Assembly (NCBI RefSeq): GCF_009914755.1
Contig: NC_060933.1
Length of the DNA stretch: 64,000 nucleotides
Strand: one strand, 5' to 3'
Source of the DNA: the human T2T-CHM13v2.0 reference genome, Homo sapiens
Shown: piece by piece, positions 54,801-64,000 of the stretch
Layout of the letters: the number at the start of each line of letters is the position of its first letter
Position numbering within the stretch: position 1 is the first letter of the stretch
Notes under the pieces: generated by a model
The model's input: only the letters and a program-made list of their open reading frames with translations
Databases searched by the model: none
What the model was told of the DNA's origin: nothing
Position numbers and translations under genes: made by a program

Positions 54801-54837
54801 CTCTCTTTGTGGATGATTCTTTTTCCATTCTCAGGCA

Positions 54838-55140
54838 GTTTTCTTTTTTCTTTCTTTTTTTTTTTTTTTGAGACTGAGTCTTGCTCTGTTGCCCATGCTT
54901 TGCTGGATCTCGGGTGACTGCAACCACTGCCTCCCAGGTTCAAGAGATTCTCCTGCCTCGGCCTCCTGAGTAGCTGGGACTAGAGGCGTGTGTCACCACA
55001 CCCAGCTAATTTTTGTATTTTTAGTAGAGATGGGGTTTCACCATGTTTGCCAGGATGGTCTCTATCTCCTGACCTTGTGATCCACCCACCTCAGCCTCCC
55101 AAAGTGCTGGGACTGCAGGTGCGAGCCACCGGGTCCAGCC
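54838..55140 (-). mobile_element. AluS
   Basis: T tail plus antisense Alu dimer at the satellite boundary. Confidence 0.85.
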
Positions 55141-56429
55141 TCTCAGGCGATTTTCATACCTGCATACTCTGATCACTACTCTGTTAAACAGTCAAGGAGG
55201 GTAATTATTGTCTTCAGATTTCCAGAGCTCTGTCTCTGTACAGCCCTGTCCTCCTCAATATTCTGCCCTATGAATTCTAGCCACATTTGCCTTCCCAGAC
55301 TCACAGTTCTGTCTTCTCAACTCAGGAAGATCTCTGAGCTCCATCTGCATTCTTTCTTCCTGTGCTGTGGCCTGGAAAGTTTTCTAAGGTGTTTGGGAGG
55401 TCAATTGTGGGGCTAGCCTCATTTGTTTCTCATCTCTTGAGGATCACTGCCCTTTGATGCTTGATTCCAGTGATTGATTCCCTTTGTTGCTTGAGGGCCA
55501 TAGTTTCATATATTTTGTCCAATATTTTTGTTGTTTTAGGTCAGAAAGTAATTTTGGTCTCTGTTACTCCATCTTGGCCAGAAGTGTAAGACCTAAGCAT
55601 TTACACATCAAAATACTGCACACATAATTTTAGTTTAAGCTACTTTTTAAAAAATCTCCTTCATTTTCCATTTAGCATTCTATTTAGGGTATTACAATGG
55701 TTTTTTTGAAATTCTGTTATGGGCAGTTTCTATTGCCTATCAATCCCATTTAAAGATAGTGCATAGGGCATTCTAAAATAACTGTTAAGCAAAGAGAAAA
55801 TTGGGCCTGATAGGGTGAGAATCACAGCTCTAATACCTAGAGTGACCTTATAATGTATTGTCCAAAGGAGATATTTTTGACAGTGAAAGAGGGTGTTGTT
55901 AGTAATTATATCAGGACCATGGCCTAAACCAGGACTATACCAGGCAGCCTGGGACATATTTGTACCCCATCTCTATTTAATGCCTTTATACAATTCTTTA
56001 CTTAATTCTACCAGCCTTTATTGAGCCTGCTTTCTTTGTCTAGCTGAGTGTCACGTGCTGACATCACTAAGATCAATACAGCAAACTCTGAAAGATGGAC
56101 AGAGAGACAGGAGATGGTCCTTTATAATGCAGTGTGATCTGTGCTGCAATAGAGGTGAGCACAAGGGCCTTATGAAGGCTGTGAAGAGCATGCTTGACTG
56201 CAGGGGAGGGTACTTAGGTTAGAAAAGATGAGTCGAAGTATGTTCATAGGGAGCATGGGATGAGAGGTGGTGGGAAAGGTATTCCAGACAGTGTGTGTCA
56301 AGGCCAAGAGCCAGGGGAACACAGGTAGGGCTTTTTTTTTTCTTCTAAGATGGAAGAGTGTTCTGATCGGCTGGAAAACAATGCACATGGGAAGCTGTAC
56401 AGAAATGAGTGGGGAAAGGTAATACTTAA

Positions 56430-56660
56430 CAGCAACAGCAGTTAATATTTAGTGCCCATTTACGACATGCTGGACACAGTTCCGGGTACTCTGAACATAT
56501 TAGCTCATTTAATCTTTACAACAACCCTATGAGGTAGGTACTATTATTATCCCCATTTTCAGGTGAGGAATCTGAGGCACAGAGAGAGTAAGTATGTTGC
56601 CCAGGGCCACGCACCAAGTATGTGGTAGGTCCTGGAGTTGAATGCAGAGCCCCTCCACTC
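56430..56660 (-). mobile_element. MIR
   Basis: CTCATTTAATCTTTACAACAACCCTATGAGGTAGGTACTATTATTATCCCCATTTTCAGGTGAGGAATCTGAGGCACAGAGAG. Confidence 0.85.
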
Positions 56661-57502
56661 TAAACTCCTGAAAGCCAGATGCTACAAGGCATTGTTATTC
56701 CAAGTGGAGGAATGCTAAGGACATCATCCTGCAGGTGACCAGGAAACCCTGAAGCATTCGAAGCAGGGGAATGGCTTAAAACAAGGTGGTATAGTAAAGT
56801 GCTCCCAGAGCAGCATGAAAGTCTGGTGTAGTGGAGGTCTCCGCTAGCCACAAGAGGTGGTAAGAGGCTGAGCTGAAGCAGCTGCAGCAGGGATGCAGAG
56901 GATACGTTCCCCAAACCCTTATGGGCAGAGTCCTTTGGCTTCAGTGACCACGGCCAAGGGTGCAGAGGAGAAGCCCAAGAAGATGCCAGGTGTCTGGCTT
57001 ATGCCCCTGTGTGAACGTGAAGCCTCTCATTGACATGCAGGTTACAGGAGGAAAAGCAGGTTTATTTGGGAAGGAGGCTTCTAGACCATGACTTCCATTT
57101 TAGCCATGTAGTTTTTGAAGTGCTTGTACAAGTTCTAGGTGGAAATGTCCAGGAGGCAGTGGGGAACTCAAAGTAGATCTCAGGAGAGAGGCTTAGGCCA
57201 GAGGGCTTGGGGAATCATCAGCATGAGGGTGGGAGGAGAGCTGGTATTTGGATGAGATTGCAGTGGAGCATGAACAGAGTGGGAAAAGGTGGTGATGAAC
57301 CCAGGGACTCCAGTATGCGGTAGCTGGCTGTGAGATTAGGAAGCAATGAAGGAGGCCGAGAAGGATGTGGGGGAGAAGCATCAATAAGGAATAAATGAGT
57401 TGCACGTGCTCCAGAGAGGCCAACTAAAGACTGGATTTGGCTCTCGCAGGTCATACACGAAAGAATCTTGGAACCAAAAGGAAAACTGTGGTGGTTTAAA
57501 GG

Positions 57503-57953
57503 GTATATTCTGTTTCTAGGTCTGCTGTCACAAAATACCAGAAACTGGGTGTCTTGTTAAAACAACAGAAATTTTTTCTCTCACAGTTTTGGAAGCTAGA
57601 AGTTCAAAACGAGGTGTTGGCAGCACCATGCTCTCTCTGAAGATGCTAGGAAGAATCTGCTCCATGCCTTTCCATTCGCTTCTGGGGTTTCCTGCAAGCC
57701 CTGACATTCCTTGGCTTGTAGATGCATCACCCCAGTTTCCGCCCCCATCATCACATGGCCTCCTCTCTGTGTGTGCCTCTGCGTTCCCTCTATTCTTCTT
57801 CTAAGGACACCGACACCAGTCATAGTGGATTAAGTGTCCACTCCTAACCAATTACATCTGCAACAACCCTATTTCCAAATAAAGTCACATTCTAAGATTC
57901 CTAGGGAGAACATGAATTTTTGGGGGTGTGTGGATACTGTTCAACCTGGGACA
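57503..57953 (-). mobile_element. MLT1B/C MaLR solo LTR
   Basis: AAACAACAGAAATT..TCTCACAGTTTTGGAAGCTAGAAGTTC and CCTATTTCCAAATAAAGTCACATTCT motifs. Confidence 0.8.
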
Positions 57954-59328
57954 TGGAGTAAATAAATGGCAAGGAAGATTACAGATGACTTTAAGCTAAA
58001 GAGGGAGATGATGGGGTTAAATGTAGGACTTTTTTTTTCCAGGACGGGAGAGGTTTAAACATGTTACTACATTGAATAAATGAAATAACCATGGACATGG
58101 AGTGGCTAAAGATTCTGAACTAAGTGCAAGTAATTGATAGCACAAGCTCCCAAGGGGCTGGGGCCTGGAGCACAGATGGATGGATCCATTGTGGGCAGAA
58201 CTGGGGCGTGGGAGGGGTGTGCCGATGCAGATGTGTTTGAGTGTGGGGGGCCAGAAGCTGATTGGGGCGAAGCGTGACAGTGCAGCTCCAAGCACGCTGG
58301 AGGTGTTCACCAAGCAAATCAAGAGCAGATGGCAGAACGAGCAGCTGAAATAACAGCTTGTGAAATCAACCCTACTTTGTGGGGAGAGGATTAGTTAAGG
58401 ATTCTAGCCATGAGAACCAAGAAGAGGAGGATAATCTGTTCATGCCTATTATGGGGCTTTGCGGGAGCAGTTTCAGCCTCAACCTGGAGAATGTTTTAGA
58501 AGGCCAGAGAAAGGAACCCTGCAAATCATGTGAGCTGGCCCCTCACTTTGAGATGAAGTGTCCATACAGCAGTAACGCCACCCTCTGTAGTGGTTCTAGA
58601 GTGTGGCAATCTGGAGGGGTCATTATGGAAAAGGGCTGAAGCATAAGAATGTAGGCCCAATACTGAGATAGAAAGAGGATTCTCTGAGATGACTTAGGCA
58701 GGGTGATGGTGGTGGAGGTGGGTGTAAGAAGCCCTCTGCTGCCTCAGTCCGAGCATGGAATTCAATTGGTCAAGAGCAGAGCCAATCACCATTTAGGCCC
58801 CCTTGTTAGCCTTAATTTATTCCTCAGGTATGGAGAATACTCCTCAAGATGCATTCAGAGTGTAAGCTCCCTCTTCTGCAGCAGAGGACTGCCCTGCAGG
58901 TTTGCAGTTCTGTCATTTGGAAACTCCCTGATGTGTCCCTTGGCTCTTCCCATTCTTTTGCTTCAACACATTTTAAGACCAGGCACCTTAACTGCAGAAA
59001 CAGCATGAAAAACAAGTAGGTTTCAGGAAAAATTATCCCAAGTGGAGTCTCTACTGTGCTCTGTTTATCAGATGTAAAGCTTAAAACAGTGTAAGAGTTT
59101 TTACAGAGTGTATTCATATCACACCAGTTTTGGGTCCATAGACAGGGGCTTTTTCTAGATCAAACCGTTCAATTGTCCTGTTGATCCTGGCCTAAAATCT
59201 GAGTGGATAAAAAATATTTTAGGAGAGATGAGATTCTAACCCTCAATGGCAAAAAGCAGGGCTGAGCCCTAAGCCCACGTTTTTACACATATTTTACAAT
59301 TGAATGTGTTGCACTACCGCTAGAACAC

Positions 59329-59836
59329 TAGTTCTCAACCAGGGGTGATTTTGCTTTCCAGGGGACATTGGCAATGTCTGGAGACATTTTTTTTTCCATT
59401 TTCAAAAATTGTGGCAAAGCACATAACATAAAATTAGCCATTTGAACCATTTTCATGTGTATAGTTCAGTGGCACTAAGCACCTTCACACTGATGTGCAA
59501 CCATCACCACCATCCATCCATAGAACTCTCTTCATTTTGCAAAACTGTAACTCTGTACCCATTAACACTAACTCGCCATTTCCCTCTTCTCCCAGCCCCT
59601 GACAACCATCATTTGACTTTCTGTCTCCATGATTTTGACTACTCTAGGTACCTCAAATAAGTGGAATCATACTGTTGAGGGATTTTTGATGGTCACAACT
59701 TGGGATGGGGTGCTGCTGGTGTCTAGTGGGTAAAGGCTAGGGAGGCCACTTAACATCCTGCAATGCACAGGATGGTCCCCACAAGAAAGCAATAACTAAC
59801 CCCAAACATCAATCCTACCAAAATTGAGAAACTCTG
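59329..59836. mobile_element. MER20 hAT element split by an L1MB-type fragment (~59390-59675)
   Basis: GTTCTCAACCAGGGGTGATTTTGC...GGAGACATTTTT resumes at GGTCACAACTTGGG...TTGAGAAACTCTG. Confidence 0.75.
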
Positions 59837-60297
59837 AGCTAGAAAAATCCCATGACTAATCTTACACCATGGAGTATCAGTCAATAGAGACTAGTTATGT
59901 TGTAATAAGAAACCACCTCCAAATTTCTGTGGTTTAAAACAACTTATATTTTTGCTCTAACATGGAGCATACTTAATCAGCAATCCAGGCTGGTGGGAGT
60001 TCCATCCTGACCTGGGCTTCTACGATGACTGAAGCAGAAAAAGGATAAGTGATAAATCGTGCACTGGCTTTTAAAGCTCCCATTGGAAGTGTCCAGGTCA
60101 TTTTCGGTCACACTTTCTTGGCCAGATCAAATCACAGGTCCACATCTCACTTCAAAGGGAGGAAGGAAGTGCATTTTTACTCTGAGGAAATACAACCACC
60201 ACACCTAGCAATTAAAAATAAACCTCATAGTGTTATCACCTGCTTGAAGTGCTGATATCAGAGCAAGCCTACCAGTAGGAGTGGTGCAGGCTGCAGG

Positions 60298-60309
60298 TTT
60301 TTTGTTTTG

Positions 60310-60340
<31 letters not shown>

Positions 60341-60628
60341 GAGACTGCACTCCAGCCTTAGTCTGTCATGCAGGCTGGAGTACAGTGGTGTCATCAGAGC
60401 TTATTGCAGCCTTGACCTCCCCACACAAGCGATCCTCCCACTTCAGCCTCCTGAATAGTTGAGACTACAGGCCCATGCCACCACGCCCAGTTAATTTTTT
60501 GTATTTTTTTGTAGAGATGGGGTTTCACTATGTTGCCTAGACTGGTCTTGAACTCCTGGATGCAAGTGATCCACTTGCCTCGGCCTCCCAAAGTGCTGGG
60601 ATTACAGGCGTGAGCCGCCATGCCTGGC
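60298..60628 (-). mobile_element. AluJ with (GTTTT)n tail
   Basis: Pentanucleotide tail at 60298-60340, then antisense Alu. Confidence 0.85.
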
Positions 60629-61434
60629 CTAGAAGCTCATTCTTATTGGCCAGAAGCTAGAGAGTGATCTAAAGGCTCCAAGCCAGGCCAGACTGGTTTC
60701 AAGCCTTAGGGCTAGTGTATTAATGAATGAGGTTCGAGCTTCTATGGCATGGGAACTGAGGGGCACCACAACACTCAGCTTACTCAAGGGACCAATTCTA
60801 GCAGCCTTCAAAGGAGTCTGAAAAAGGTAGCCTTGAATTAGTTTCCGGGTGAAAAATATTTGTCCCAATTGAAGCAAGTACTACTAGTGACTGCCTCTGC
60901 TATGGAAGCAGGGGTTACCTGCTTACCTGTGAGCAACAGGATTTCTTGGGGTTGATTTTGCAGGAACATGTACCTCCATGTGGCCAAACAAGCAGGCTTG
61001 CTTAGATTTGCACCACAGGATATTAAAGTGGAAAGGAATCTTAAACATCTAATTGAGGGATGGCAAATTGGGTTCATTGTAAGGGTCACCTCTGACCCTT
61101 TGGTTGTGGCTGCTAGGAGCATTGGGTGGGAAGAATTCCATAGTTTTTTCCAGAGAGAGACAGCCACGCTTCATTAGAGAGTCTAGTGGGCATGGAAGGG
61201 AGGGGGTAAGTTGTTGTGCCTGTAACAGGATTTTGCCATCCCTAGTTCTAATCCAACATTTTGAGAGCTGAGGCTCAGCTCCATGAGTGATTTATAGAGG
61301 TCCTTCCTTTATTGCTTTTATGTCACCACATCTAGAATTAGGTCTTCTGCTTCCAAGAAAGTCAGCTGCCTCATTACCATGTAGCATAGTTAGATTCCCC
61401 ATTTCATCTAGAAAATAAACATTTATTGAGGGCT

Positions 61435-61700
61435 GGCCAAGTGTGGTGGCTCACGCCTGTAATCCCCGCATTTTGGGAGGCCAAGGTGGATGGATCATTT
61501 GAGGTCAGGAGTTCGAGACCAGCCTGGCCAACATGGTGAAACCCTGTTTCTACTAAAAATACAAAAATTAGCCAGAAATCCCTTGAACCCAGGAGACGGA
61601 GGTTGCAGCGAGCCAAGATCGCACCACTGCACTCCAGCCTGGGCGGAAGAGAGAGATTCCGTCTCAAAAAATAAAATAAATAAATAAATAAATAATTTCA
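61435..61700 (+). mobile_element. AluS with internal deletion of the start of the right arm
   Basis: AAATTAGCCAG joins directly to AAATCCCTTGAACCC; TSD AAA(C/T)ATTTATTGAGGGC at 61417-61433 and 61704-61720. Confidence 0.85.
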
Positions 61701-62908
61701 CAAAAATATTTATTGAGGGCCCACTTGGTTTTTAGCACTGAAATAGGAGCCGAACATAGAGCAGTGAATGAATAGGCCAAGTCCATGCTCTTCTTGGCCT
61801 TACATTTTGGGGGAGGAGACAGATTAGTAATTATTAGGAGAATTATTAGTAATTATTAGGAGAAAGCAGGAAATTTCTGCTTTCATGGGTGGGATACCAG
61901 AAGGTAAATCATTATGAAAGGATATTTTGGGACAAGTTTCTATAGCATAGATGTATTTTAGGATGATTGGTGCTGTGTGTTGTGAGCACGGGATCTCTGA
62001 GGCAGTCAAAGGGCACCAGGAACCTCATCTCTTAAGATGTGCATGCACCGTAGGCTGCCGTTTGTGTCCCTCACTCTGGCCAAGCTCCCTTCTTCATCAT
62101 GGCCTTTGCACTTGCTGTTCTCTGTCTGGGGAAGAATGCTCTTTCCCCAGAGATCCAAATGGCTCACTCCTTCAGTGTCTTCAAATCTCTGTCAAATATC
62201 ACCTAAACAGAGAGGCTTTCCCTGGCCTCTAGAGGACAAAGTAGCACATTTTCTCACCCACTTACCCTGCTCATCCTTCTTTATAACACCCCTCACCACC
62301 TGCTGTATTATTTGTTTATCGTTCAGCTTTCTCTCTAAAATGGAAGATCTATGAGAACAAGAACCTGTCTGCTCATTGAGGTGTTACTCTAGAAAAATGT
62401 CTGGCCCATGGCAGGTGCTTAATCAACAATTTTTGAAGGAAAAGTGGAGGAAAAAAAGATAGGAGAAAGCAAACTCATGAAGAAGAGTGCTTGGGTGGGG
62501 TGGGAGGAGAAGAGGGCAATGGATCCAGGCCCTACAGGGATTCACTGTTCAAGCAGAAAGTCCAGGGAAAGCCACATGGCCTCCTTCAATCGGATGAGCT
62601 GGAGCTGCTGACATCCCCTGCAACCTGGGAGCCAGTGCATGCAATGCTCCAGCTGGGTCTAAGGACAGAAGGAGGCTAATGAACAACCACCTTCGGAGCA
62701 ACAGGGTCACTTCAGTCCTCCCTATTTACTTCCAAGCTGCTGGGAGTCTTATGCACATTTCCTCTTCTCACTTGCCTCTTCACATCCCTAGCTGCCGCAG
62801 GAATTTATGGCTTAATTAAAGTGGGAAGCAGGGTTTATACATGTTTATATAAAGTTATATTTTCCTCCACCTCTTTGTTGGAAGAAAACTCAAATGTTAA
62901 AATTCTTA

Positions 62909-63133
<225 letters not shown>

Positions 63134-64000
63134 CTAGAAAGGACACTAGAGATAAATCTAGTTCATGCTCCTTGTTTTCTATGGGAGGACACTGAGGTCC
63201 AGGGTCACACAACTCACAAATGGCCAGCCTACGGAAACCCTGTAAAAGGCAGAGTGTGAGGAAAAGGCAGGCACTTGTGATAACCCCACTGGTGGGCAGG
63301 AGCTAAGCCTCCATAGGTGGGGAAGGGAATTAACCCCAGGACACAGGCTCCAGTCTGGGGGCTTGAGATGCTCAGGGGACACCAGTTAGAACTAAGGCAG
63401 GAGGCCAAGGCAGAAGCTGTGCTCCTCTGCCTGGATGTATGAGGGCAGCAGAGGAAGAAGAGTTGGCAAAGCAGCCCAGAAACACATGAAGAGGAGGAGT
63501 GAATGTAAGTAGAGCATGCCAGAGATGGCAGATCAAGGCAGGGAGTTAAACTGAAGGAGGAGGCGGCCACGGCCAAGGGTGCACTGTGATTCAAAGTTAC
63601 AGTTGGTTATGGGCTGAGGAAACAGCTTTCTGTTTCACTGCTGTGAGAGGCAACCAAGTTGCAAGGAAAGGAGGGGAAGAGGGAGGCGTTAACATGGAGG
63701 AGTGAATGTAGACAGAACCTTCCAGATGTTGGCTGAAGATAGAAAGGAGAGGGAGGAGGGGTTCTGGAGGGAGAAAGAAGTTAAAGAGTATTTTTTTATG
63801 TGGGGAGATATGGGAGTTTTGGGTTTTATTTTTGGCTTGTGAGAATGAGCTAATCTTGTATAAAGGGATTAAAGATTTTTTAAAAAATTTATCTCTGAGC
63901 CTTAGGTCTTTCAACTTTAAAACGAAGATAAAAAATCTATGTTTTTGGCTTATGAGAATTAAAATGTGAAAACACATTACTCCAGTGCCTGGCACATTAA

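Noticed and set aside
37500-54870. Dozens of ORFs in the satellite, including 47355-48101 (248 aa)
   Set aside because: They are repetitive translations of tandem monomers with few stop codons, with no domain or gene structure

Overview
Human/hominid genomic DNA from one copy of the CBWD(ZNG1)-FOXD4L segmental-duplication block, most likely a pericentromeric chromosome 9 paralog. The exact copy cannot be named without alignment. On the + strand lie the last five coding exons and 3' UTR of a ZNG1/CBWD zinc-chaperone GTPase gene (11079-24652). Its introns hold a full-length but dead antisense L1PA3/L1PA2-type element (14-6130), an AluYa5, a sense L1PB and older repeats. About 3.5 kb downstream is an intronless FOXD4-like forkhead gene (28182-29435), followed by a second CpG-rich region. 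From ~37350 to ~54800 is a ~17-kb composite SATR1/SATR2-like satellite. It is built from palindromic ~75-bp monomers in blocks of alternating orientation around AT-rich cores, plus a homologous GC-rich ~79-bp morph. It also contains a duplicated ~3-kb segment, a HERV pol fragment and a solo LTR5A. The last 9 kb is ordinary old interspersed repeats. Most notable observations: (1) the L1 antisense ORF0 is intact, and its second splice donor is exactly in frame with the next ZNG1 exon, predicting a 204-aa ORF0-ZNG1 C-terminal-domain chimera; (2) the satellite shows foldback-like inverted architecture and an AT-to-GC morph series; (3) this FOXD4L copy has KPPYSY changed to KPRYSY and a frameshift-buried Eh1 repressor motif. 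Repeat subfamily names come from recalled consensus features, not database searches.
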